Assembly (NCBI GenBank): GCA_963676835.2
Contig: CAXXFF010000002.1
Span: forward strand, 32,001 to 96,000
Length of the DNA stretch: 64,000 bases
Source: Marispirochaeta sp.
GTDB lineage: Bacteria > Spirochaetota > Spirochaetia > JC444 > Marispirochaetaceae
Direction: 5' to 3'
The notes below the pieces were generated by a model, which had not been told where the DNA came from, made no database searches, and saw only the letters and a program-made list of their open reading frames with translations. Made by a program: the position numbers and the translations under genes. Below, piece by piece: positions 47,604 to 57,019 of this stretch. Position 1 is the stretch's first letter, and the number at the start of each line of letters is the position of its first letter.

Positions 47604-49927
47604 GTATCGCAGCACCGGCACGAACAATGACCATTGCCCTGGCGGGAAATCCCAACTGCGGAAAAACCACGATCTTCAACGCCCTTACCGGTTCTTCGGC
47701 AAAAACAGGCAACTGGCCCGGAGTAACCGTTGAGCGCCGGGAAGGAATAATGCATTCAGCTAATGGAGAGACTGCAGTAATCGACCTGCCGGGAATCTAC
47801 AGCCTCTCCGCTGAATCCGAAGACGAAAGAGTTGCCAGGGACTTCCTGATCAGCGGAAGTGTAGATGCGGTGGTCTGCATTGCAGATGCGGCCAATCTTG
47901 AGCGCAATCTCTATCTAACCTCTACCATCATGGAAAGCGGAGTTCCTGTAATACTGGCTCTGAACATGATGGACGCCGCAGAAAAAGCCGGACTCCGGAT
48001 CGATATCAAGAAGCTTTCTACAGAACTGGGATGTCCGGTGCTGCCCCTGAGTGCGGTCAAACCCGACAGCCTGAGAAGCTTCAGAAAAGAGCTTGAAAAA
48101 GAGCTTAGCGGGAACCTTAAACCTGCTTCCGTCAAAATTACCTATGCAGCTGAAATTGAAAAGGCTGCCGGCGAGTGGGAATCGGCACTTGCCGCTGATG
48201 CACTTAGCCTGGGGCTGAATAGCCGCTTTCTTGCCCTGAGCATTCTTGAGGAAGATCCTTTTATTATAGAGAAGTTCGGCGATAACATCGGTAAGGGAAC
48301 CATAGAAAGCATAATAACGAAGATCAGTGATATTTCCGGAACTACCGTTGATATGCTCATTGCCGATAACCGTTACAGCTGGATCACCGATGTCTGTACC
48401 AGAAGTATCAGAGAAACCCGGGAGAGCAGTGAAGCAAAGACCTCAACCGGAGGGCTGGACAGCATACTGCTGCACCGCTTCTTTGGTATACCGATTTTCC
48501 TCATGGTTATGTACCTTGTTTTCTGGGTAACCATGGCAATAGGCGGATCGTTCATCGACTTTTTTGATATTCTTTTCGGCGGCATTTTTGTTGATGGCCT
48601 GGGAAGTCTCATGGCAAATGTGGGCAGCCCGGAATGGCTTATTGCCATAATCGCCGGTGGTATCGGCGGCGGTATCCAGACGGTTTCCACCTTTATACCC
48701 ATTATATTCTTCATGTTTGCCATGCTTGCAATCCTCGAAGATTCAGGCTACATGGCCAGGGCAGCCTTTGTCATGGACAGGGCGATGCGGGCCATCGGGC
48801 TGCCGGGGAAAGCCTTTGTTCCCATGCTGGTGGGCTTCGGCTGTACTGTACCCGCAATTATGGCAACCCGCACCCTGGAATCAAAGCGGGACCGCTTTAT
48901 GACCATATTTATGTCACCCTTTATGTCCTGTGGTGCCCGGCTTCCGGTTTATGCACTTTTTACCGCTGCATTTTTCGGCTCCAGTGCAGGACTGGTGGTC
49001 TTTTCCATCTACCTGGCAGGTGTAGTTCTAGCCATTCTTACCGGGCTGCTGCTGAAACACACCCTCTTTAAGGGCAGCCACAGCCCCTTCGTAATGGAAC
49101 TTCCCTCCTACCACGCACCCCGGTTCGGCCATATTGTGACCAGTGCATGGCGTAGACTCAAGGTGTATATGTTCAGAGCCGGAAAGGTAATAGTCCTGGT
49201 AGTGCTGGTGCTTTCTGTTCTCAACTCATGGGGAACCGACGGCAGTTTCGGCAACGAGGATTCTGAAGAGTCCGTACTTTCGGTAGTAGGTAAAACCATC
49301 ACGCCTCTGTTTGGCCCCATGGGAATCGAAAAAGAAAACTGGCCCGCAACAGTGAGTCTCTTTACCGGACTATTTGCCAAGGAAGCGGTGGTTGGGACCC
49401 TGAACGCCCTCTATTCCCAGGAAGCTGTTGCTTCTTCGGCTGAAGATGAAGAAGCAGAGCCTGAAGCATCATGGAGCCTTGTTCCGGTTATCAGTGAATC
49501 CCTTGCAAGCATTGGAGAAAACCTTGCCGGAGTACTCGGCAGCCTGCTGGATCCCCTGGGAATCGGCCTTATATCGGGAGATGAAGCGGCCACCGCAGAA
49601 GAACTTGAAACAGAAGACAGTGTCTTCACAGGACTGAGAAACAATTTCAGCCCTGTAAGCTCATATGCTTATCTGCTGTTTATCCTCATCTACTTCCCCT
49701 GTGTCGCGGCACTGGGTGCGGCTGTGCAGGAAACAGGAAGAGGTTATGGAACCATACTGGTCACCTACCTCACCCTGCTTGCCTGGATAACATCCACCCT
49801 GGTGTTTCAGATTTTCCAGGGACACAACCTGCTCTGGATAATTGTTCCCCTTCTCCTTCTGGGCGGAATCTTTGCCAGTTTCGCATTCATGGGACGGGGA
49901 CGAGAAAAAATTCAATATCCCGGTTAA
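47600..49927 (+). CDS. feoB: Ferrous iron transporter B
   Basis: GNPNCGKT, GNWPGVTVE, DLPG, NMMD, GFGCTVPA, PFMSCGARL, YFPC. Confidence 0.97.
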   Translation: MSIAAPARTMTIALAGNPNCGKTTIFNALTGSSAKTGNWPGVTVERREGIMHSANGETAVIDLPGIYSLSAESEDERVARDFLISGSVDAVVCIADAANLERNLYLTSTIMESGVPVILALNMMDAAEKAGLRIDIKKLSTELGCPVLPLSAVKPDSLRSFRKELEKELSGNLKPASVKITYAAEIEKAAGEWESALAADALSLGLNSRFLALSILEEDPFIIEKFGDNIGKGTIESIITKISDISGTTVDMLIADNRYSWITDVCTRSIRETRESSEAKTSTGGLDSILLHRFFGIPIFLMVMYLVFWVTMAIGGSFIDFFDILFGGIFVDGLGSLMANVGSPEWLIAIIAGGIGGGIQTVSTFIPIIFFMFAMLAILEDSGYMARAAFVMDRAMRAIGLPGKAFVPMLVGFGCTVPAIMATRTLESKRDRFMTIFMSPFMSCGARLPVYALFTAAFFGSSAGLVVFSIYLAGVVLAILTGLLLKHTLFKGSHSPFVMELPSYHAPRFGHIVTSAWRRLKVYMFRAGKVIVLVVLVLSVLNSWGTDGSFGNEDSEESVLSVVGKTITPLFGPMGIEKENWPATVSLFTGLFAKEAVVGTLNALYSQEAVASSAEDEEAEPEASWSLVPVISESLASIGENLAGVLGSLLDPLGIGLISGDEAATAEELETEDSVFTGLRNNFSPVSSYAYLLFILIYFPCVAALGAAVQETGRGYGTILVTYLTLLAWITSTLVFQIFQGHNLLWIIVPLLLLGGIFASFAFMGRGREKIQYPG

Positions 49928-49949
49928 TGCCGGATTTGTAACTTCCCTG

Positions 49950-49987
49950 CTCCGCTCCCGGTTCCCTTGTCCGGGAGCGGAGTTTTT
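49950..49987 (+). terminator. Intrinsic terminator
   Basis: CTCCGCTCCCGG/CCGGGAGCGGAG followed by TTTTT. Confidence 0.85.
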
Positions 49988-50029
49988 ATTGGATTAAAGA
50001 TGCAGAATGCTGTACAATCAGCTCCGGCT

Positions 50030-50728
50030 ATGAGTAAAACCGTTGAAACCGAGATGCAGGAGCTGCAGAAACGCTTTCCCGCAGCCCTCGATTATCTTAC
50101 CGAAATATTTCTTCTCCACCGCGAATTCGGTCAGGTGACCAACAGCAAGCTGGCTCAGGCCCTGAGAGTCTCCAAACCTGCAGTAACCCAGGCGGTAAGC
50201 AGACTGAAAAAGCATAAACTGGCAGAACAGGATCTGTACGGCACCATCCGCCTGACCCCAACGGGAAGAATTTATGCTTCCACTGTTTTAAAGCGCCATT
50301 ACCTTATTGAACACCTGCTTATACAGAAACTGGACTACCCCTGGCATAAATCCGACGAGGAAGCACAGCGCCTGCAGGGGGCAATCTCAGAAGAGTTTAC
50401 CCAACACCTTTATGAAGCATTCGATCATCCCCAAACCTGCCCCCACGGGAATCCCTTCCCCGGATCAGACAGAGAGAAAGAACTGGTTACCGCACCCCGC
50501 CTGGCTGATGCACCGGAAAACAGTCCCCTGAAGCTGATACGTATAACAGAAATAGGCGAAGCAGTAGACGGGCTGCTGGAGTTCTGCCACCGGCATAATC
50601 TTCATCCAGGGCGGATTATTCTTGTTATAAAAAAGGAGGAGAATACCATCTATACCGGTTGCTGCGACAATCAGGAAATCCCCATTCCCATGGAGATTGC
50701 CCGGCATCTGTGCTACGCTCTGGAATAA
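50030..50728 (+). CDS. DtxR/MntR family regulator with atypical metal ligands
   Basis: DYLTEI, VSKPAVT, HYLIE, CPHGNP, C-terminal FeoA-like domain. Confidence 0.88.
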   Translation: MSKTVETEMQELQKRFPAALDYLTEIFLLHREFGQVTNSKLAQALRVSKPAVTQAVSRLKKHKLAEQDLYGTIRLTPTGRIYASTVLKRHYLIEHLLIQKLDYPWHKSDEEAQRLQGAISEEFTQHLYEAFDHPQTCPHGNPFPGSDREKELVTAPRLADAPENSPLKLIRITEIGEAVDGLLEFCHRHNLHPGRIILVIKKEENTIYTGCCDNQEIPIPMEIARHLCYALE

Positions 50729-51345
50729 TGAGAAGAATAACCTGTAGATTTTTTTTTCTGCTTTTCTGTTTTCATATGCCCCTGATGGCTCACCCGCATA
50801 TGTTTATCGATACTCAGCTTGATATTACCCTCGAAGCTGGAAATTTGAAGAGTATTGATATAACCTGGCGGTTCGACCCTCTGTTCACTGCCTCCATTAA
50901 AGGTGATTTTGATGAAAACAGGGATGGCAGATTTGACGCCCGGGAGATCGCACTTATAAGGGAGTACGCGTTTACCAATCTGAAGAACTACGATTACTTC
51001 ACTTTCGTAAACATCGAAGGAAAAACCCATGTGCCTGAAGAAATAGACGCGTTCACCGCCAGAATGGAACAGGAAACCCTGGTCTATGAGTTCACCACCT
51101 CATTCAATCTTCCCCTGGAAAAAGAGGATTTTGCAGTGGCGATCTATGATGACACCTTCTGGTGCGATATAACCTATACAGATACTAATCCAGTCCATAT
51201 TACCGGGAATCCTGGAGCGGATTGGAAACTGGTGGAAAACCGGGACATGGCCATCCAGTATGATAATGCAACAACTATAGACCGGAACGGTAAAACCTAC
51301 TCAGGTACCGCATATCCACAGCAGATTGTGGTAACCATTCCCTGA
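50728..51345 (+). CDS. DUF1007 family periplasmic protein
   Basis: Signal peptide then AHPHMFID, W.FD, YD.TF; TAATG coupling. Confidence 0.85.
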   Translation: MRRITCRFFFLLFCFHMPLMAHPHMFIDTQLDITLEAGNLKSIDITWRFDPLFTASIKGDFDENRDGRFDAREIALIREYAFTNLKNYDYFTFVNIEGKTHVPEEIDAFTARMEQETLVYEFTTSFNLPLEKEDFAVAIYDDTFWCDITYTDTNPVHITGNPGADWKLVENRDMAIQYDNATTIDRNGKTYSGTAYPQQIVVTIP

Positions 51346-51346
51346 G

Positions 51347-52234
51347 ATGAAAAGAATAATCCTCTTTACACTGCTCATGCTGCTGACACAGACAGTAATC
51401 TTTTCCCAGGGCAATCCTTTTCTGGGGTCTCCCGGGGATTCCGACAGAACGGAAAAAGAGGATCCCCCCGGGGAAGTGAAACAATCCGCCTGGCTGCAGA
51501 AATCCGCATCCATACAGAAAGATCTGCAGAAACAAATAGCCGCTGCCCTGAAGGGAGAAAACGGATTATCAGGAATGCTAATATTCCTGGGTCTCTCTTT
51601 TCTCTACGGATTACTCCATGCCCTGGGGCCGGGACATAGAAAAACCGTCCTTTTCAGCTACTTTATCGGAGAAAACGCCCGGCCGATCACAGGAATCATG
51701 ACGGGACTACTCCTGGCTGTGCTGCATGCAGGCAGTGCCGTCCTGCTTGTAGGCGGCACTGCCTGGTTTACCACCCGTTCGCTGCTGCTCTCGGTAAATC
51801 AGGCGGAAGCATGGCTCTATCCGGTAACCTACGGAATCATACTGATCCTGGGCCTCTGGATGATTATCCATGGAATTATTGATTTCCGACACCATAGTCA
51901 CTCTCACGGCTCCTCTTCAAAGGGCCTGACAGGAATGCTCCTCTCCGGGCTGGTTCCCTGTCCGGGAGCCTCGGCAATAATCATCTTTTCCCTTGCTTCA
52001 GGCACGGTTCTGCCGGGGATTCTGGCGGTACTGGCCATGTCTCTGGGAATGGGAACTCTTCTTGCGGGAATAGGCCTGGCAGCTGTGCTGTTCCGGGAAA
52101 AAATAGGCAGGCTCGTAAAAACCCGGAGAGACGGCAGCCAGGGCACAGCTCTGCTGGAATTGAGCCTGCATACAGCGGGCGGGCTTTTTCTTGCAGCTTT
52201 CGGCGCCGTTTTTCTATTGCCAGGCCTTATCTAA
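51347..52234 (+). CDS. RcnA/NiCoT-like nickel/cobalt transporter
   Basis: HALGPGHRK, His-rich loop HHSHSH, GLVPCPGA, MSLG. Confidence 0.9.
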   Translation: MKRIILFTLLMLLTQTVIFSQGNPFLGSPGDSDRTEKEDPPGEVKQSAWLQKSASIQKDLQKQIAAALKGENGLSGMLIFLGLSFLYGLLHALGPGHRKTVLFSYFIGENARPITGIMTGLLLAVLHAGSAVLLVGGTAWFTTRSLLLSVNQAEAWLYPVTYGIILILGLWMIIHGIIDFRHHSHSHGSSSKGLTGMLLSGLVPCPGASAIIIFSLASGTVLPGILAVLAMSLGMGTLLAGIGLAAVLFREKIGRLVKTRRDGSQGTALLELSLHTAGGLFLAAFGAVFLLPGLI

Positions 52235-52373
52235 ACAGCGGCGGTCATCAGATCAAAATTCTTCATAGCGAGAAGGTACCAAAAAACCAATTGGCAGACA
52301 AATGGCTGGAAGGTATTGGCACACCCCGGGTCAAAGCGGTAAGCTACACGCCGCAGACACAGGAGTTACATCG

Positions 52374-54200
52374 ATGCGATTCATTCCCGAACAGTGCAGA
52401 ATTATCTATACAAAAAGGGGCGAGAAAAGCCCCTCCGTTCTGGCCGGCCGCTGGCCCCTGGAAAATGATGAAATAAGCCTTAAACTGGAGGAGGAACGCA
52501 ACGAAGACAATCCTGCCTACCGTTTTTCCTTCTCTGTGAAAGCTGAGCTTTTCGTCGAGGAAATTGTTCTGAACGGAAGACTCGATGGAACCCTGCGGCC
52601 GGTTTCGGCGCTTACCGAAGGATTTCAGTCCCGCAGCACTACGGGCATCGCCACCCCTGATATCCGGCAGAAGTCCCTGCAGAAACAGAGTATCCCCGGA
52701 CACAGTTCTCCCTGGGGCGACAGCGCCGGAAAAGGCGGGGAGGCCGTATCCGAAAGCCTGCTGCTGCTGGATGACGGCCTGAATGAAAGCCTGCTGATAT
52801 CTCAGGAGGCACCTTTTTCGGAATTTGTCTTCTTCGAAGCAGGGATTCAGCAGCAGCCGGTAAAACTCAATGCCCACTGGCATCTTTCCATAGCTCTGGA
52901 GCTGGGAAGCACCTATACAACAGGCTGGGTATCAACCTCATCAGGAACCGGAGAAAAACTGCTTATAGAATGGAGCCGCCGGTCCTCAAAGGCATCTGGA
53001 ATAAACTGTGAAGGATTCACTACCCCTCCGAGAATCTGGACCAGCTGCATGGATAATTCCCGGGAAGCAGGTCCGGACTACATAGAGAAAAATATCAGCA
53101 CTGCCGCCGGCAGTAAGCTGCCTCTCGATGTTTTTCTTATAGACGCAGGATGGGAGGAATTTCCCGGCGACTGGCACCGACCCTCCCCTGCCTTCGAAGG
53201 CAGGCTGCCGCAGCTGGCCCGGTCTGCAGCAGCGGCAGGATTCCGCCCGGGAATCAGCATTGCACCCTTTATTGCAGCCAGGAACTCTGAAGCATTTAAA
53301 CAGCCGGGCTGGATACTCTGTAACGTGAAAGGCAAACCGGTGCCTATAGCCGCAGGGCTTTTAGGACGAAAACTTTTTACCCTGGATCTCAGCAACCCGG
53401 AAGTGATCAACTACATAAGCTCAAGCATCCGTACCATTACCCGGGACTGGGGCTTTCAGACGATAAAACTGGATATGCTCTTTGCGGGAACCCTCCCCGG
53501 TATGCACAGCGATCAGACAAAAGGGATTTACCGCCTGTTTACCGAAGCCATGCAAATTATCCGGGAAGCTGCCGGAAAAGAAACTCTGCTTATCGGGAGC
53601 GGCATGCCCCTAACCGGCGGAGCAGGCACCATTGATATCGCGGGAATCTCCTGCGGCGATGCCTCTTTGTGGGATAAAAATGTCTGCCTTATTCCAAGAA
53701 AAACCAACGGACTTCCGGCACTTCAGTCGTCTGTCCGCAGCACTATTATCCGAAGCTTTTACAACAGACAGTTCTGGCTCAACGATCCGGGACTGCTGCT
53801 TACAGAAGAGCCGGAACGGGATGTTCTGCTTACAGCTGCACTGGTCACAGGAGGAGCACTGAGTTTCGGCGATAACCTGGCAGAAATGAGTGAAGAATCC
53901 CTTGAAAAGATGAAGAGTATCCTTGAGAAGGCTCAAATTTATGCTCAGGGAAGGACTGCTCCCTTAAGGATTTTCGGAGACAGTGAGGTCTTTGCATTGT
54001 ATAACGATACCGGGCTTATACTGCTGTTCAATCTGAACAGTGAAGAAGTAACCATCGAGTTAAGACTGGCCGGGTACAGGGATATTCTATCCCCCTACAC
54101 CGCCTATAAGCCCTTTACAGGAGCCGAAGATCACCCGCTGGAGGCTCCGCGGAACATGACTATTCCCGCTGTGGGCTACAAGGAAATCAGGCTCTCCTGA
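52374..54200 (+). CDS. GH36/GH27-clan alpha-galactosidase-like glycoside hydrolase
   Basis: IDAGW, LDLSNPEV, KLDML, WLNDPG. ATG 52374 follows AGGAG. Confidence 0.8.
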   Translation: MRFIPEQCRIIYTKRGEKSPSVLAGRWPLENDEISLKLEEERNEDNPAYRFSFSVKAELFVEEIVLNGRLDGTLRPVSALTEGFQSRSTTGIATPDIRQKSLQKQSIPGHSSPWGDSAGKGGEAVSESLLLLDDGLNESLLISQEAPFSEFVFFEAGIQQQPVKLNAHWHLSIALELGSTYTTGWVSTSSGTGEKLLIEWSRRSSKASGINCEGFTTPPRIWTSCMDNSREAGPDYIEKNISTAAGSKLPLDVFLIDAGWEEFPGDWHRPSPAFEGRLPQLARSAAAAGFRPGISIAPFIAARNSEAFKQPGWILCNVKGKPVPIAAGLLGRKLFTLDLSNPEVINYISSSIRTITRDWGFQTIKLDMLFAGTLPGMHSDQTKGIYRLFTEAMQIIREAAGKETLLIGSGMPLTGGAGTIDIAGISCGDASLWDKNVCLIPRKTNGLPALQSSVRSTIIRSFYNRQFWLNDPGLLLTEEPERDVLLTAALVTGGALSFGDNLAEMSEESLEKMKSILEKAQIYAQGRTAPLRIFGDSEVFALYNDTGLILLFNLNSEEVTIELRLAGYRDILSPYTAYKPFTGAEDHPLEAPRNMTIPAVGYKEIRLS

Positions 54201-56053
54201 TTCCGGCGGATAAGGACATCTTCATAGGGAGCAAAACGCCAGCCCTGGGTATAGGAGTCGGGCTTTCTGTCGGGACTGATTATGGTCCCGATGCCGGCAG
54301 TTTCCAGATGCCGCCGCAGAACCTGTATGCGCTTGTAGATGGACTGATAGCGCCGGCACATGCTGGGCTTGCAGCCGCCGTCCCCGCAGGAATCCTTCCC
54401 GTCCCCGATTAAAGCGCTTATATCGCCGCAGAGCAGTACTCCTTCCGGAGCAGAAAGAAACCCGCTAAGGATTCTCATATTTGCCTCGGAAAGACCGGAC
54501 TCAAGACGGCGGCCTTCAAAGTAGACCTCATCATCCTTTACCAGAAGATTCTTCGGCCGCAGGGAATGGAATATCAGGGCTCCCGCAAACAACAGAACCA
54601 ACAGCAGCCTGTCCAGAACAGCAAACACCATGGAACCCGACAAAACCGGCCCGGGAAATGCAACAAGCATTACCATGTAGAACCAGATAAGCCAGAAAAT
54701 GCTTCCGCTTAAAAGCCGGCGCAGCCTTTCCGGATTGCGGTCGCCTTCAAGCGCAGGAAAACGCAGAAGCTGGAGAATAGTAAAGACGGCCATATTCTTC
54801 AGAGCAAATGAAAAGGCAGCCAGCTCAGTAATTCCGGGGATGAGCAGAAAGGGCAGGAATACTATTCCCGCCAGGGAGAGGGCAAATACAATCTTAAGAG
54901 AAGTTCCCCGGGATACAGTAAGTGACCCGAGCATGAAAAGTGCTTCAAAAACCGCCCAGGGAAGGAGGATTCCGGAAGCAGCTGCATTCATCCGGCTGAG
55001 TTCTGAAATTATCAGAAAACTTCCTGCAAAGGCGGCAAAAAAGGGCATTCCCCTTTGAAAAACGGTAAACCAGGAGTTCCCCCGGATACGGGTCTGTTCC
55101 GCCGCCTGAGTACTATCCAGTTTAGCCGGAATTAATCCTGCAAAAAAGAGACTCTTTTTTTCCGTTGCAGTAACAATCCCCTCTTCGAGCTCAAGCAACC
55201 AGCCCTCCGATGTGATGTCCCGCTTGTTAGCCGGAGGCACCAGCCTGCCTATTCCCAGGTTCTCAAGTTTCCCCGAAAGGGCACTTATATTTCTATAGAT
55301 AACCGCATAGGCAGGGCATTGGGACGCCTTGCACTCTCCACCGGGGACACAATGCTCCGCTCCCGGAGTAAGATAAGCAAAATCCCTGCAGAAAACCTTT
55401 CTGTCCCGGCTCTGAATACAACCTTTCAGTATTGCCTGCTGCAGATCAGAAAAGAGATCACTGACATCCTCATCCCGGAAGAGTATCCTCTCCCCGGCAC
55501 TGAGCACATCGTTTTCGGAACCTCCCCGGAGAATCACCAGCAGCAGAAGTGCGGGAATATAACTGAGACTCTCATACACCCCGATAAACACTGCATCCAA
55601 CTCCTGTACCGCCATTCCTACCGTAATAAATTGATGCAGCTGCAGGATTACCAGCAGGGCGGAATAGGAACCGAGAACCAGGATAATAAGGTTCAGGCCC
55701 CGGGCCAGTCGGTTGAAATCCCTTCGTCTGGCAAAACGGTACACAAGGCTGTAGCTTACCGCCAGGAGCGGCCCGGGATAGAGTTTCATCAGAAAACCGA
55801 GAAAGGCAGCATCGATATAGATACCGCCTGCAATGGCAATAGCGGAAACCGCCAGCCCCAGTACTGAAAGCAGTGTAAAGGCATAGCGGCTGCTGCTGCG
55901 CCGGAAAACAAGAAGAACTCCCCCTCCCTGCAGCAGGGCCATCAGCCCCCCGGCATAAACAGAATACTCTCCCGCTGCCGCAAAGCCTGTAACCAGGGCC
56001 GGCAGGGAGGAATAGACGGCCAGAGCAAAAACAAACAGACGGAAGGGAATCAT
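54176..56053 (-). CDS. Internally duplicated membrane protein: 2 x (about 6 TM + Cys4-containing OmpR-like winged helix)
   Basis: Two homologous soluble domains with C-x12/13-C-x4/5-CKxSxCxxYxxIY...LExxGIG...GW, each following a hydrophobic block. Confidence 0.8.
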   Translation of the reverse strand: MIPFRLFVFALAVYSSLPALVTGFAAAGEYSVYAGGLMALLQGGGVLLVFRRSSSRYAFTLLSVLGLAVSAIAIAGGIYIDAAFLGFLMKLYPGPLLAVSYSLVYRFARRRDFNRLARGLNLIILVLGSYSALLVILQLHQFITVGMAVQELDAVFIGVYESLSYIPALLLLVILRGGSENDVLSAGERILFRDEDVSDLFSDLQQAILKGCIQSRDRKVFCRDFAYLTPGAEHCVPGGECKASQCPAYAVIYRNISALSGKLENLGIGRLVPPANKRDITSEGWLLELEEGIVTATEKKSLFFAGLIPAKLDSTQAAEQTRIRGNSWFTVFQRGMPFFAAFAGSFLIISELSRMNAAASGILLPWAVFEALFMLGSLTVSRGTSLKIVFALSLAGIVFLPFLLIPGITELAAFSFALKNMAVFTILQLLRFPALEGDRNPERLRRLLSGSIFWLIWFYMVMLVAFPGPVLSGSMVFAVLDRLLLVLLFAGALIFHSLRPKNLLVKDDEVYFEGRRLESGLSEANMRILSGFLSAPEGVLLCGDISALIGDGKDSCGDGGCKPSMCRRYQSIYKRIQVLRRHLETAGIGTIISPDRKPDSYTQGWRFAPYEDVLIRRNQESLISL

Positions 56054-56740
56054 CTAGGCAGCCTTTTCCTTAAATGTCAGTCGAGCCATAAGAATAGGGG
56101 TAATAAAGAAAACGGCAGAGAAAATACCGAAGCGGGGATAGGTGAGAGCGATGATGACCGCCGCAAAGGCAGCGGTGAGGGCATCGGCATAAAAGGGTTT
56201 AAAGACCTGGGAAAGATAGTGGAGAAAGTCCCTCCCCTCCTCCAGCCGGTAAAAGAGGGCATTGAGAACACAGGAAATAAGAAACAGAAAGGGAGCGGCG
56301 CCGATGGCCGGCAGAATATACATCCCCCCGGTCAGATTTATCAAAAGACCATAGACTTTATCAACAGCATAGAGACCAACAATAAAATGGCTGACATTAA
56401 AAAGGGTAAGCCGGAAATGGGTATTAAACAGGTGACGAAAGCCCCCCTCTTCAATGCGGAAGCTCAATAACAGACTTGCAGCAATACAGACCAGAGCGGT
56501 GACAGGCCCGCCGGAAAGATAGGCGGCAAAAAAGACCGCTTCCAGGGTGGAAATATAGATATTTCCGCGCCGGTGGTGTACCGAGAAAGACTCATTCAGA
56601 ATGCCCAGAAGCGACCAGACCAGCACAGCCGCAGGGTCGATTGTGAATGAAGAACCGGAGAGCAGCAGAAAAGTTGAGGCTAAAGCTCCAAGGGAGAGAA
56701 CTATCAGAAAAACTGCAGCACTTACCGGATAATCGGACAT
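56054..56740 (-). CDS. Stand-alone polytopic membrane protein resembling the membrane sensor region of HD-GYP/GGDEF proteins
   Basis: About 7 hydrophobic segments; ESFSV...ISTLEAVFFAAYLSGGP...LFN pattern; GAGG SD. Confidence 0.7.
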   Translation of the reverse strand: MSDYPVSAAVFLIVLSLGALASTFLLLSGSSFTIDPAAVLVWSLLGILNESFSVHHRRGNIYISTLEAVFFAAYLSGGPVTALVCIAASLLLSFRIEEGGFRHLFNTHFRLTLFNVSHFIVGLYAVDKVYGLLINLTGGMYILPAIGAAPFLFLISCVLNALFYRLEEGRDFLHYLSQVFKPFYADALTAAFAAVIIALTYPRFGIFSAVFFITPILMARLTFKEKAA

Positions 56741-56751
56741 TTTAAAACCTC

Positions 56752-56793
56752 AGAAACATGTTTCTCCACAAAATCGTACGGAAGCATGTTCTT
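56752..56793. promoter_or_regulatory. Palindromic operator-like pair in the divergent intergenic region
   Basis: Perfect AGAAACATGTTTCT (56752-56765) and variant GGAAGCATGTTCTT (56780-56793). Confidence 0.5.
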
Positions 56794-56876
56794 ACTGCCT
56801 GACGGCAGCTGTTTTTTTCTGCTGGTATGATACGTTTCCTGAATAGAGAAGTCAATTGATCTGAAAACCAGTTAAA

Positions 56877-57019
56877 AGAGGTATAAAAATGAAAAACAGA
56901 CTATTCGGCCTTGCTGTTCTAACAGCAGTTCTGCTTGCACTTCTGTCCTGCGAGAGCGCAGGCAGCGGCGGAAACTCTTCACCGGAACCAGGGCCCTTGA
57001 AATTCAGCGACGCAGGAGC
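56877..57019 (+). repeat. 5' direct repeat copy 1 (RBS, signal peptide, linker); partner at 58231-58373
   Basis: Identical AGAGGTATAAAAATGAAAAACAGACTA; 56946-57000 vs 58300-58354 differ at 1 of 55 nt. Confidence 0.9.
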
